From the NCBI GenBank assembly GCA_028534125.1, contig CM052832.1, positions 20,028,001 through 20,092,000 on the forward strand: a DNA stretch of 64,000 nt. The letters run 5' to 3'. Below, piece by piece: positions 13,377 through 26,750 of this stretch (the first letter of the stretch is position 1; the number at the start of each line of letters is the position of its first letter). The notes beneath the pieces are model-generated. The model did no database searches, was not told the DNA's origin, and saw only the letters and a list, made by a program, of their open reading frames with translations. The position numbers were made by a program, and so were the translations under genes. This DNA is from Lama glama. Taxonomy: Eukaryota.

Positions 13377-13771
13377 TTACTAAGTCTGATGACTCCTATT
13401 GGCCAAAGCGAGTCATGGCCAAGATCAAAGACGAGAGGGCAGGTAATGGCAAGGGTTGGGAGTGAACAAAAAAGTTGTAAACAAGCAATACCATTCACCA
13501 TGGACATCCATTTGTTGGCTTTATTGTGGTGTTTAAGTGACTTTTGGGGCCTTGCTTCCAGAATAGACAGCCAGTCTTTCTTCAAATGGCATATATTACC
13601 TATTTGCTGTTCTAAAACTTCAACTTTTTGTTTACTAGAGCTTTTCTTATTCATTCATTCATTCACTCATTTGCTCATTGATTGGTTATTTATTTAATTC
13701 ATAGAGGACACATTCTGTCCATACGAAGCCACACCATTTACTGCCAGTCCTGGGCATTCTCTATTTCTCCA

Positions 13772-13772
<1 letters not shown>

Positions 13773-13805
<33 letters not shown>
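13773..13805. repeat. (CA)n microsatellite
   Basis: About 16 perfect CA units. Confidence 0.97.
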
Positions 13806-13807
<2 letters not shown>

Positions 13808-13934
13808 TTCCTCTTCTTCCTCTAATGATCTAATAACCATTTGTCTGGGCAGAGTGTGCCATCGGCTTCAAATGCTAAGACTTTTCATCTTCCACTCAAA
13901 TGCTCAGAAGGTAAGGGCATCTCTTTCCCGTGAG

Positions 13935-14260
13935 TATGTCATCCCAATGCCATCTTCTCTAAGAAATCTTCTTGCTCCTCTCAAGCTCTGAGGATCTGCC
14001 CCTTAAGCCCTTGAGCCAACTCTCTCTTAGCCCTCATCGTACTGTACTACATCTGCTAATTTCCTCATCTGTATCTCTACCAAATTGTAAGTCCCCAGAA
14101 AGCAAGGACTTAATACATGTAGAATGTTTCGATTAGTTGGTATCACTCTTCAGTAAATGTTAATTCTTCTTACTGTTATTTCTTCCAGTTATATCCCTAG
14201 CACCTGGCACATTTCTAGCACAAAGTATGTGCTCAACATTTGCCTTGCTGAAATGTTTCT
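13935..14260 (+). mobile_element. L2 3' fragment
   Basis: aaattgtaagtccccagaaagcaaggact...tatatccctagcacctggcaca...gtgctcaaca. Confidence 0.7.
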
Positions 14261-14334
14261 TTTTTTGTGCTTTGAATGAGTTATTAATTTCCTTTTTCAA
14301 AATGTGAAATCAGTGTTTTTATACATTTGTTTTC

Positions 14335-14476
14335 TTTTTTCCCCAGCCATACTGAGATATGACAATTGTGTATGTTTAAGGTATACAATGTGATGACTTG
14401 ATGCACATATACATCGTGAAATGATTGCCACAATTGGGTTAGATAACACATCCATCCCCTCACATAATTGCAATTT
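14335..14476 (-). mobile_element. L1 (L1MA-type) extreme 3' end
   Basis: T-rich tail followed by tgtttaaggtatacaatgtgatg...atacatcgtgaaatgattgccacaat...acatccatc. Confidence 0.85.
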
Positions 14477-16149
14477 CTAATCAGAGTGTAAGAACTAACA
14501 GTGACTGATGGTCCACACTGGGTCAGGACATCACATACTGCATCACACTCAACAGCCACCAAAATCATGCTGGTAAGTTGCATACTCATGAGTCAAGAGA
14601 ATAATAACTTCCTCAGGATTTGACAGCATTGTGTTTGAACCAAGATGTACCCCCTAAGTCTGAGCTTCCACCAAAGAGTCTAAATATACTTGATGGTTGT
14701 GAGGGTAAAGGCAGTTATAATAGTAAAAATAGGCATGCGTCCCTTGCTTCGGGAATGTGAAACAATCTTCACTCTTGGTTTATGGTATGTATCCTGCAGG
14801 ACTTTCACTTTCTCTCCCTTATAGTATTGGTATACTCCTGATTTTAAAAGAAATAATCATAGGGATATACGCCTAAGTTATTTCCAACCCTAAGATTGGG
14901 TAGTTCCCAAACCTTACTTACCGGCCAGGAGGTTTGCCAATTTGATTTTCTAGTAAAGACAGAAAAATCTATTGCAAATTCATCCTGAGGTTTATAACCA
15001 GTAACTATTGGCAAGATTTAGGAAGACAAACACATAAAATACACGCTCTGCAGCAAAGTACCCTCCTGAATTGCCTCTATATTTCCTAGCAAATGTACTG
15101 AGGGCTTTTATACCTGCAGTATATAAAACCATGAGTCCAATTCACATGGTTCAGCACACCAGAACAACATGTGTTAAGATGGATTGCCTTTGCATTGTAT
15201 CATGTTTGCAATTTTCCATTGGACTAGCATTTATTTTCAATAACTCAGAGAGAAAATCTCTAATGCTTACAGAGTGATTTTTTGGCATGCTGATGAAATG
15301 AAATAAAAACTAAATGCACAATATTTTTAGCAGTATCACTGAAAAATAATCTGAAATGCTTTGTGAAGACTGCAGTTTCAAAACCATCTGTATTGTTTTC
15401 TTTTCTGAGATAGAGAGATAGTGGTTGAAGGAGAGAGAGAGAGAAGGAAAAAAGAGGAAAGAAAATATAAACTTTGAGATTTGAGTTTTAAACTTGTGCT
15501 ATAGTCACAAGATCTCCCGTTACAGTTTTTCTTAGCAGAACCTTGATTATGTTCAAATAGATCTTTAATAGTTTATTCTTACATTCAGTATTATTCTTTA
15601 CATATGTTTTAGGTTATGTTCTTTTACTCTAAATGCAAAATGACTTCTTCTCCTAGAAAGCTTTATGAACAAAGAAGACTTTATTGTTCTGTTTCAGCAC
15701 CAACTTTCTTTGCATTGTACAGCATTATGTTAAACATTTATTGACATACATATTTATTTGTAGTATAGTCTTGGTACAAAGCACGAATTCAGTCATTGTT
15801 AGTAAGACTGAATTAGATTTAATTAAGCTTTGAAGCAATAATTCTTTCTTTTCCCCATGCAAACTCATCTCTTGGTTCTTGAAACAAAGAATTTCACAAG
15901 TCTGGGGAGGCTTCTTGGGCTCTGAGTGGCCCAGTATGACACGGAGAATTCAAGGTCGGATCTGGGGAAGACTTTCCTTACCCTGAGGTAGAGTAGATAT
16001 TCTGTAAACACAGTATCAAGATTTCAACACATTGTCTAACAAGGGCTAGTCACCTGTCTCTGCCACAGCCCCTCACTTTTCTCTTAGTTTTGTCCAGAAA
16101 GAAACATGCTTCCCAATATTCAGGTTGGATTCATTCAGTTTTGATTCAA

Positions 16150-16395
16150 CAATCATTTATTGAAAGCTTACTCTACCCCAAGCTATTGTTAGGCACTTTA
16201 TGATGCTAAAGCAAATTAATCCTCACAAAACCACTCTGAGATAGGTAAAATTATACCGTTTTACATCCGGGAGTACTGGAGTTCAGAGAGGTTATGTGAA
16301 TTACTCAAAATAAAGCATCTAATAAGTGAACCAGACTTAAAATTCACATCTAAGTCTGCTGATTCCATGCCCAACATTCTTTTTACTTTAAATCA
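16150..16395 (-). mobile_element. MIR SINE
   Basis: catttattga...ttaatcctcacaaaaccactctgagataggta...gttcagagaggtta. Confidence 0.8.
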
Positions 16396-17959
16396 CAACT
16401 GCTCATCAAAACAGATCGAGTTGTGTCCAGTCTGATTTGATTACTCCCATCTGTTTATCATTTTCCAAAAGTTTGGCATTAAAGATTCGGATGAAATCTA
16501 TCAGCTCAGGTTTGAAGCGCTGCTCACCACACTCTGAACACATCATTCTAAGAAACGTAGCCCAGTTCAATGAATGGACCCCAATACACTAGATTTCAGT
16601 TCTGACTCTGGTAAGGTATACACCTGTTGAAAATAAACCACAAGACTGTCAAGATCTCAAAACATTACTAGAGTGAAATATTTCAGGATAGTTTTCTAAA
16701 AGAGAGGTGCTATGATCCTGAATGAGGTAAGAGAAACATTTTATTTCAACCTGTCTTTTAAACTCATGAGTATGTCCTAGAATGATGCCAATGTAATATC
16801 ATCTTTATCTGCCTAATTAAACCCCAATGCAAGTCCAGGCATATCTGTATGTTTGTTTCTTTTGGGAAAAAAAAAAACAAAAAAACCTCTTTTCCTACAT
16901 TATTTGCAAATAAGTTTACTTGAGACAGGGCAGAAACCAGAGCCGAATCGTAGACTTTTGACCCCACATGAGAGAATAACACAGTATATTTAGCGATGGA
17001 ATTGGGCGGGGGGAGCAGCAGTGGTAAAATACAGTGCTGACAGCTTGTCTGGATCAAGAATATTCTCCATGTGTGCCTTGCTGAAACGTTTCAAAGCATT
17101 TTTTAACTCTATTCTGAAAGGTGTTAAGTATCTCAGAGTGCCAGAAACACATCATTCCCAGCCAATTCTAGTGAATTTTTTTGCCAATATTGCATTTCTT
17201 CCTTCCTGCCTGAAGGTACGAGGCTAACGGAGAGTTAAGGAAGTGATACATATCAAGATGGAAAGCTTGTATTTTATTTTTTAATGTAGTTTATATGCTT
17301 TTAAAAATTGCAAGAATTCCCCAGATACCTCTGCTCCTCATTGTTCACTCATGAAAGCATGCCACTATAACCTTCAGGAAGTAGTTTGATCACAGGCATG
17401 CCCTACATCCATTTGGTAGACGATCAAGGGTCTTGTGTATGTGCTCTGTAGCCAATAAAGTTCTCAGGGGTGGTTCTTTGCAGGAGTATTTGGAAATACA
17501 ATGGAAGACTATCAGGTGTTCTGTGGACAAATTAGGAGTGGGAAATTAGCATTCAGAGGGGATAAAGAAACGCAAGAAGGGTTGCTGAATATTCTCTCAC
17601 CCCATACCTCTTTCAAAGCTCCAGAGAGTTCTGGGTTTTGAAAGAAGAATAGAAGCTAATTAAGTTGAGAAGATGGAGTGGGGAAAGGCATAGAGAGGAG
17701 GATAGAGAAGGCAGAATAAGACATACAAAGGCTCTGAAGCTCCCAGAGCAAAGAAGTAAAAGTGTGTCCTAAGTACAGCAATTTTGCCTAAAGGGACAGA
17801 AAGTTATACTATCCATGTCGTTTCCTGTTTCATCTGATCACCTAGCTTGTTCTGCCTCTTCCTTCCAACAGTGTTTCTTCAACAGTGCTTTGTTTTTGTT
17901 TTTGTTTTTGCTTGTTGGCTTGTTTTAGGAAAGTTTTCATGCTATTGGCATGCCGAGGT

Positions 17960-18700
17960 ACAACTCTAGCCTCATCTGCTGTCATCCTCTGTCCTCGTGC
18001 TCTTGAAATACCAAGTTACTTACAGCCACCTCCCAACTCCCGCACACATACACATCATGCTGCTCTGTACACTCGTTCCTTTGCTCGTGCTGTTCCCTTG
18101 CCTGCATCAGCCTCTCTGTCTGGAAAAAAGCCCTGTTGATTTTTCAAAGCCCTCCCAAGAGATCAAGTGCTCAGAGTAGTCACGAAACTTGCAGTCTTAG
18201 ACACCATCTTTCCTGTTAATTTGGAATTTTGCATGTGCTTCTATTATTACAAATACACACAAATATTATGATGTTATATATATGTTTCCATGTCTTGCAC
18301 ATGCGTGGGAGCTTCTGTAAATCAGGGGCCATGTTTGGTCACATTTTTATCTCTTGTGCACCACATAGTAGGTGTCACAATGAAAACTTGAAATGTTTTA
18401 CCGTCTTAACTTTATTAAGCAGATCTTTATTGTGGATAAGTTTTCATTCTTGTGATCATATTTATATGAAGACGTGGCTTTAACAGCTTGTCATTGCTTT
18501 GAGGATAAACGGCCAAATTCTTACCACTGTACAAGGGCCTGCCTTGTGGGTTCCCCTCCTTCTTCTCCACAGTCCTCACCATGCTTGTCCTCATCCCACC
18601 TCCTCAGTCTAGTCAACTCCTACTCTTCCCTTGAAACTCATTAAACCCCACTTCCTAATGGATGCTTTCCTGCCATCCTTGAATAGGCCTAGAAAACGGT
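17960..18700 (+). mobile_element. Two L2 fragments (about 17960-18400 and 18480-18700)
   Basis: cctttgctcgtgctgttccctt; cacatagtaggtgtc; ttgaggataaacggccaaattcttacca. Confidence 0.6.
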
Positions 18701-19320
18701 TACAAATTACAACCAAGCTTGGCAATATCTAAGTTGCTCCTGGCAATGAATGCCTAATACTCCATTACCATCACCTTTTCCATTGGTAGCTGGACCTCTG
18801 GCCTAAGCCTGGACATAGAGACCATGAACTTAAGCCAAGTCTCTGGAAGCTTATACACTCATAGGATGCCCCTTTTTCAAATGAAACATTTTTAAGTTAG
18901 TCTATTATGAATTATCCTCAACAGCTCTGTCTGGGGTCACTTTCAACCCTGGGGACAGCCACCATAGGTGGCTCGGAAATGATCTAACCTGCTCATCTCA
19001 CCTGCCTAACTTGGATATCAGGGTGGACAAGCCAAGGGCAATAGGATGCTTCTGGCTCTAGTCTCTCTTGTCCAGTGGAGATAGGGCCTTAGAGAGTAGA
19101 TGATAAAGGACAGCAGGGAACACTGAGTGTGAGGACAGGGTCCAGTCACGCCGCTGCAAGCACTAGTGAGTATGTTAGAGCATCCTCTCCTATATGTGTA
19201 TGTGGCCATGAGGGCCAGAGCAGGTTTATGCAAGAGAAGCATCTCTCCTTCCATTCCAGGACTTGGCTGGGAGGCTCAAAATCCCACACAAATCACTCTA
19301 TGTCTACAACATGACTGGCG

Positions 19321-19368
19321 CTCTCCCTCTCTCTATCTATCTGTCTGTCTGTCTTTCTGTCTGTCTGT

Positions 19369-19405
<37 letters not shown>

Positions 19406-19414
19406 TGTGTGTGT
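19321..19414. repeat. Compound microsatellite (TC)/(TCTA)/(TCTG)/(TG)n
   Basis: Read directly from the sequence. Confidence 0.95.
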
Positions 19415-21459
19415 CTCATGTGGTAGACGCTGGGAACAAACATTTGTTGTGGCCTAGACTTGACTCTGGTCACTGCTTTCACTGTCTACTTTCTGGGATA
19501 AAGCTCCCTTTGCTTTCATCTCTTTGATAATTGCTGTCTTGATTTCCTGCCTGTTAGATCTTTAATTCACTTCTGATCACTCTCCCTCAAACTGTAGAAG
19601 TTTTTACCACCACTATCTGGCTAACTGATCCCAAACACAGATATCTGATTAGTCCTCCCCTTCTGGTGCCTGGCACTTGAGGCTGAGCAATCTGACCAGA
19701 GAGGCACCCATCAAGCAAATATACATTCATTTTTATGCCAGTGTGAATAGCTTTGGTTTTATCTTTCTTTGAAGCTGATAGTTAATATGTTTGAAGACAT
19801 TTTGTTTGGGGTATAAGAAGTATTATAACACTGTATTTTGATCATTGGTCTTCCAACTCTTTTACTTCCTGGATATCCGTGTCTGAGGTACACTGGAATA
19901 AATTCCCAATGCCAGCTGCTGAAAAATCACAAACTACATTTTACGATTCCTTGAAAATGAAAAATGCATGGGTGTGTGAATGTGCCAAACCTATACTTCA
20001 TCATTTTCAACCATTAAGCATTTGCTGCAGAGGTTTTTCCTAGGCAGATCGGTAGAGTTTTAACTTTCTGCTCAAGAATATTGATTTAGCAAAGGGGGAG
20101 CGAGCTTGGCATTTTTTGTCAGCTCTTTCCACCTGAAGACTGATCACTTATGGGCGGTGACCCCCCAGAGCCCAGCATGTCTGAACTTATTTATATAAAC
20201 CAATCCATTGTCAGAGGGTTGCGGCAGTAAATATAGTCGACTGTTTTGTTAATACAACTCCTCCTGCCATCTCACCACAATCAAAATTGAGCAGCAAGTT
20301 TAGATAGTAACTGAAGTTCAATAATATATCATTTAAAACAAGGGACTTTTACCTAAGTTATATACAAGATAGTATCATTGATCAGCTTTATCTAAATGTT
20401 TATCAAGCTCTGCATGGCCTATTCTGATTTAAACTAAATGTGCTTTTAATAATACTTACCCATTAGAGGTTCTAAAAAGAACTGACAGTCAGAGGTCAGC
20501 ATGAGAAAATGATTGTACTAAGTTGTAAGTCATACTATGTGGTAATGTGTGTTGTTTTGGTTTTAAGAACAGTAATCATTTTAATGAAATATTCATAAAG
20601 ATTTCCCAATTGATCTTTTGGGAAATGATTTGTTTCCAGGGTATTTTTCTTCCTAGCATCAAACCTATATGCAACAAACAGAAAATACAATACAGCAAAA
20701 CAAATATAATACCCAAAATGGAAAGAGACAAGTGTCTCAAAAATCCATTTGAATTGGCTGAGTGATTCTGATAAGGCATACAAATGACCACCACATTTTT
20801 TCCTTCAGGTTAAGATTAAAAACAAGCTGGGAATGAACAATGGTGCACCATTTACAATGAAGTGCATCAAAACAATAAGAAACCGAGACAAGTAGTAAAA
20901 CATAATACTGCTTAATGTCACTTTCAGAAGAAAGATAAGCCACACTGGGAACTGGGCTCCTTGCTTGTGTATATCATGTTGTATCACACAAGAAGAAATC
21001 TGCTGTGAATGCAATAATAGAGAAAAGGCACTTAAATCTATCTATTGTTGCAGGAATATAACAAATGAACCTTTACTGTATCCTCCCTTCAAGGTGGTCC
21101 AGGAATAATAGTCTAGAGGAACAGCATGTCGATACTGATGGCACGTCATTTTTCTCCACTTGGAGTGGGAGGAGGGAAAAAAATCTATTTCACAAATGTA
21201 TTTTAACAATGTAGTAATTTTATATCATAAGCCTCTTAAGCCAGATTGTCCCAGCACAACACAAATAGAAATTAGTTGGCAACTATCCCATGAGTTTTGA
21301 TTTCACAAAAAGCTAATGTGGATTAATCGGGATAAAAAGTGAATTTGCCCTAAGAGAATGGAAGGATAGGGAAATTGATGAAGAGCGTTAATCTCTCTAT
21401 TCCTCTGGTTCAGGTCAGGCTGTCCCTTGTGGAAGGAAGACTACTTTCAACATGTCTCC

Positions 21460-21660
21460 AGATGAGCATCTGAATCATGGGACTTATTATCTGTGTGGCC
21501 TTTGGCGAGATGTTTATTTACCTGGAGACTCAGTTTCCTGTGAATGAGGAGAGAACTATCTTACAAAATTGTCGTGAAGCTCCAATGTAACTTATGATAT
21601 GAAGTTATAAACTAATCTACTAAAAGCACAGAATCTAGGAGCAAGTAAGCATTAGCGAGC
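21460..21660 (+). mobile_element. MIR SINE
   Basis: ctgtgtggcctttggcgag...ctcagtttcctgtgaatgagga...cttacaaaattgtcgtgaag. Confidence 0.65.
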
Positions 21661-24600
21661 TGAAATAGACATAGAAGATACAGAGAAGGATGAAGAAAGG
21701 AATAGAGTCCAGTGACTGTAGCATTTTTGTTACTGAAATTTCAAATATTTAATTCAATTCGGAAGTTCAACCATAACTTACACACATAATTCAAGGGTAT
21801 TTTTCCTTTAATGTGCACGCATAGTGTTTTCCATCTCCAGTTCCCTACTTTTTCAACCTGCGTTTGCATATGTGAGATATCCTTCCAGGAAAGTGCACTT
21901 GTATTTCAGGAAAGATAGGAGGTGTGAAAGGCAGCCCTCCCTCTGTTTCAATGAAAGAATAATTTTTAGCAAGTCATACTCTGTTCAGAACCTGAGGATT
22001 CATGGGCAAAGCTGTCCAGGGCAAGGTATGGCTTAAAGTTTATAGGCATTTGTGCAGTTAACGCCTCAAGACATTCTTTTCTTCTTATGACTTAATATAT
22101 TGATAGGGACTGGCTGAATGCACTAAGTTGGGTAGCATCTACTCAGGCTGTGCAAACAGCCAAATTATCCATGTTCATTGTAGACACTTTAAAATAACTT
22201 AAAAACTGACATTTGCGTCAGTATTTTTTTCTGTCTCACTCTCCTTTTATGTTAACCTCCTCTGCTCCCCAATACCTCAAAACTAGAACATGGCAATGCT
22301 GTCCCTTATTACTTTGCCAAGGGATCTCCAATCAACACACTCATCTGAGTGGCAGGAACTCAGCCCAAATTCAGTAAGTGGAATTTACTGACTAAAGTGA
22401 CCTTGAAACTTGGACCATGATTCTTACCCCCGTACTTAACACAATCAGATGGTCTCTTGAGCAAGAGTTTGGGTTGTACTTGCTTTTCACCATTTCGTTT
22501 TCGGCCCAGTCTAAGGCCTTGACCCTTTAGTTTGTATGGACTCACTGTCACGGACTAGACCTTCCCTAGGTAATAAATGTCTTATATGCCCAAGATGTGT
22601 GCTCTTTCCAACACAGAATGGTGAGTGAGGTGGACAAGATCAAAGTCCACACAGTTTCTTTAACTATATCCTGAATTTGCTGCAAGGGAGGAAAGTAATG
22701 AGTAATTTGCAATGAAAAAGAAGGGACATCCAGAGGTTATCTTGGCCCTTTGTTGATTTTCACTACTGTTCAATACATCTTTTCTGACAAGGTGGGTTTT
22801 TGTTTGGCTGGTGAGATGCATTCTCGAAATGCAAAACCCCCCTCTCAGGAAATGCAGAAAGCTCCTGAGTACAGACTTCACCCCGGAGCGTTATGCAGAT
22901 GCTAAATCTTAAATAACTTCTTGAAAGCATTTTTATTTTATCAATCTGTCTTAGTTTTAAGTGCAAGACATTTTTATTATATATGAAAGAAAAACGAAAT
23001 GAAATTATGTGAACGAGTTTGCTATGTTTTGCTATGTTCCTGAGAGTCCGTGCCCCCAACTATTTTCCACATGAAGAAAAAGCACTGACATCCTTCTTTA
23101 CCTGAGAACATGTCATGGGATGAATGTGTGGAATTGATGAAAGCATACTGTTCACCAGATTTTACTGTTTGTTCTAGAATTTAAACTTTCCAAACTGAAA
23201 TAGAAGTCTTGTACAAAAGTTCTGGTCAGAGTACAGATGTGTGGCTTTTGCCTCAGCCCTGAAGTGGTCACTGTTTATTAAGATTGTATATCAATATCAC
23301 TATGACCATTAGTTTTTTGATGTTCTTCATAAAGAGCTCATGTATTTAAAAAATAATCTGCATCGTATATAGCCCCGAATAGAGTTCAACAAGTTAAGCA
23401 AAATGGGAGAAATGTACACCATGCAATATCTGTAAACAGTTTTAGAAATATCAGCTCCTCTGGAGGTTGTAAAGGAGAACATCTTCTAAGCCATTGGGCA
23501 TTCTTCCTCATTCACCTTTCTTCGGATATGGAAAAAAAAAAAAGCCCTGCTCATGAATCTATTTGATTCTATAGATAATTCAAAAATTTCTTGATTGCTA
23601 TAGAATTTTCAGAGGAAACTGACAATGGGTCTGCATTGAGATTTAGGAATGCTGGGGCTGGTGCCCAGAATGCTAAAGAATGGTACTATCCAAGATGTTC
23701 TGATGTGGACTATAAAAAGATTACTTACTACGCAGCATGACATTCTATCTTGCCCATTAAAGCCAGTCTTAATAAATTAGTCATAGAACCATCCATGTCT
23801 TCATATTTGGTCAAACCCTCTCTGTTCAGAGAATTTGCTAGATAATTTAATGAATGTCCCCCAATCATAAAAGGTCCAAATTTCACATCATCCTGGGTGA
23901 CATGACATGTTAGTCAACTAAAATGCAACTATGAAAGTATTAAAGCTTTTTCACAGACACTTAAAAAGCATTTCCTTTTAATCCATGTGGTAGCCTGCAT
24001 GGGACGGACTCCTGGGGAATCACCAGTGAAACCAACAAGAAAACCACAATGTGAAAGTGGATCAGCTATTTTTATCTCCATCAAAAATACTTATTTCTTT
24101 ACAGCTCTCTTCCCATGTTAGCTCACACAAGGACTACCTCTCTAGGTAGCACAGCCTAGCACTGTAATTGAACACAGATGTTCATTTTTTCCTTTCTTCT
24201 TGTTTCCTTTTCATGGCTAGGTAATTAATTCAGTGAGACTCTTGCCCTTGAACTTCATGTATAAAAAATTTGACAACACATTTACTTGTATAGAAGCCTT
24301 TCACTTTTACAACCATATTACTTGTTTGGAACTTCTTCCATACCCTCCATGTCCACAGTATTATCTTTCTAGTGCATTTTAAAGTCAGTAAACAAAAGGA
24401 AAAACTCAATGTTCACAAAAGGGTCATCTTCAGGATGTATGTAAATTTCCTCTTTTCTTTCACTCGGGGTTTGTCCTTTAAAGAGTGACTAAAGATGGAG
24501 GATCTAGCTAAAATGCAAGTAAGTCAGATTTAAATATGTGAAGTATTAAGAGAGATGTGTTTAGCCTGGGGATTTTGCATTTTAAGTCATTGATAATCCA

Positions 24601-24717
24601 ATGTTTTGATTATCCTAGTTTTGACCAAAGAAAGTACTGCAAATAGGAACTCTTATTTTATCTAAAGTTGAGGCAAAGAAAAGTCTCCAAGTTTATCTAC
24701 AGATACTGTAATTTAAT

Positions 24718-24721
<4 letters not shown>

Positions 24722-24753
<32 letters not shown>
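24722..24753. repeat. (TG)16 microsatellite
   Basis: Read directly from the sequence. Confidence 0.97.
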
Positions 24754-24754
<1 letters not shown>

Positions 24755-25235
24755 CGTTACCAAAGATGCCTACGTCCTATTCCCCGAACCTGAGAGTATG
24801 TTAGATTACATTACAGAGAGCTTTTAAGGTTTCAAGTAGAGTTAAGATTTCTAATCACTGACCTTGAGATGGGAGATAATCCTAGATTATCCAGCTAGGT
24901 CTAATATAATCACAAGGGTACTTAACAGTGAAAGAGAGAGGCAGAAGAAAATGTCAGAGTAATATGATGTGAGAAGAAACCAGCCCATCATTGCTGGCAT
25001 TGAAGGGAGGCCACAAGCCAAGGAATACGGGCAGCCTCCAGAATATGGAAATAGCCAGAAAGTGGATTCTTCTCTAGAACCTCTAGAAAGGAATGCAGCC
25101 TTAGTGATACCTTGATTTTAACCCCATGAGAACAATTTCAGACTTCTGACTTCCAGAACTATAAAATAATAAATTCATATTGTTTTAAGCCACTAAGATT
25201 GTGAACCCTTGCATCATCAACAGGAAAATAATACA
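24750..25235 (+). mobile_element. MLT1D-like MaLR solo LTR
   Basis: ccaaagatgcctacgtccta, ccttgagatgggagataatcctagattatcc and ccacaagccaaggaatacgggcagcctc; ends aaataataca. Confidence 0.92.
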
Positions 25236-26420
25236 GATTTCAGGGCATTCCATATGGTAATGTTGTTATATAATTGTGTCCTACTCCACTGGAGCAGGGG
25301 CTCCCAAACAAGGGAGAGGACATTGGGGTGGGAGTGAAGGGAGAGGAAACAAAATCCTAATTTAGCCCAGAAAAGCTTCATGCCATCAAACAACTGTCTT
25401 GGTGAAATTTTTCTAGTTCTAATGCCCCTTTGCAGTGTTAACTATGACAACAGATTGGTATCATATAAAATATGATCTATGCTTAGTTTAAGCTAAAAAA
25501 AATTACAGTCTCATTTCAAAGGCCTTATTTTAATAAGATTTTCTTTTTGCAAAACAGAAGAATGTACTTCAATATCTCATCTAACTAAAATAAGATTAAA
25601 AGCCATCCCCAACTCTTTCTTTGTTACAAATCCATCTACTAACTGTGTGTGTATGTGTGTGTATTGTACAAATCTGCATTTATATGCCGTAAGTCATTTT
25701 CCTTGTCACTCTCACATAAATTCTTTTCCATTTTTTGTTTTAAGCAATTTCTGAAAGAATAGAGATCACTCTGTTTCTATTTTTGAGTTAAAAGACTTTG
25801 TATCAGATTCTGCTTATGATTTATTGCTCTTGATTTAAATATGTGAAGTATTAAGAGAGATGTGTTTAGCCTGGGGATTTTGCATTTTAAGTCATTGATA
25901 ATCCAAATTCTAAGATTGGAAGAGAGTTCAGAATTCACTAACTTCTCTTTATGTAGACATCTACATTAGTGTTCTAGACAGATAGTGACTTTTTTTTCCC
26001 TTTTGCTTTTTCCATCTCTCCTAGGAAGACATTTCCATAAAATAACATGAAATTGTGTTTCAAATACATTACACTGTGTTTTACCGTGTCTGACCTAAGT
26101 CCCTCCTGATCTATTTCAAATTTGCTTCCTGGTCTTAATAGTAATATGTCACAACTATACATCTTCTGAATCATCCTCTTTTATATATTTGAAATTTTCT
26201 TATGTAATCACCATCCTCCAACAATAGTTTTGTCCTCTCCAGGCTTAACAGAGGCTAAAATGTTTTCCTGAAAGATAAGAAAAAAAAATCAACAATTACA
26301 CTCATTCTTCTCCCTTGGCTGTACTCCATAGGTCAATTTTGGAACCCAAACAAGGTACTATATATGAATTCAATTGTGATCATTAATGAACTGAATATTA
26401 AGACATTCCATTTGACATCA

Positions 26421-26490
26421 AATTTCTTACAATATTACTATATTAAAGACTCACTGTAGAATTTCTTACAATATTACTGTATTATACTCA
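26421..26490 (+). repeat. Imperfect tandem duplication, 39-bp period
   Basis: aatttcttacaatattact at 26421 and again at 26460. Confidence 0.9.
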
Positions 26491-26609
26491 TCTTTAATAT
26501 AAGGCCTTCATAGCCTGATTTTTTAATCACAATTAAAAACCAAAGTTTATTGTATCCCCAAATTCTGTAGTTTATTTTCCTTTTATTAGAGAAAAATATA
26601 TAGTTACAA

Positions 26610-26750
26610 TCCAAAGACTGCTGGGCTGGGAATAAGGAAACAGATTCTAAACAAATCCCTTCTCTTAGTTGGGCCTTAGTTTATTCTGTAAAATTAGAAC
26701 TATATAGATTTATTGTCCCATGTTCCTCCAGCTCCTACTCCTTAGATATT
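26610..26750 (+). mobile_element. MIR3-like fragment
   Basis: tgggctgggaataaggaaacag...gggccttagtttattctgtaaaattag. Confidence 0.5.

Larger units (their letters stand above)
24527..25906 (+). repeat. Perfect 75-bp dispersed direct repeat (24527-24601 and 25832-25906)
   Basis: gatttaaatatgtgaagtattaagagagatgtgtttagcctggggattttgcattttaagtcattgataatccaa occurs twice with no mismatch, offset by 1305 bp. Confidence 0.97.

Noticed and set aside
23566..23606. Hairpin attctatag...ctatagaat as a pre-miRNA
   Set aside because: Too short and AT-rich; expected by chance in 64 kb.
24602..25831. Novel element bounded by 75-bp LTR-like direct repeats
   Set aside because: The repeats lack TG...CA ends, PBS/PPT and an outer TSD. 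The interior is ordinary old genomic DNA with no ORF or poly-A.
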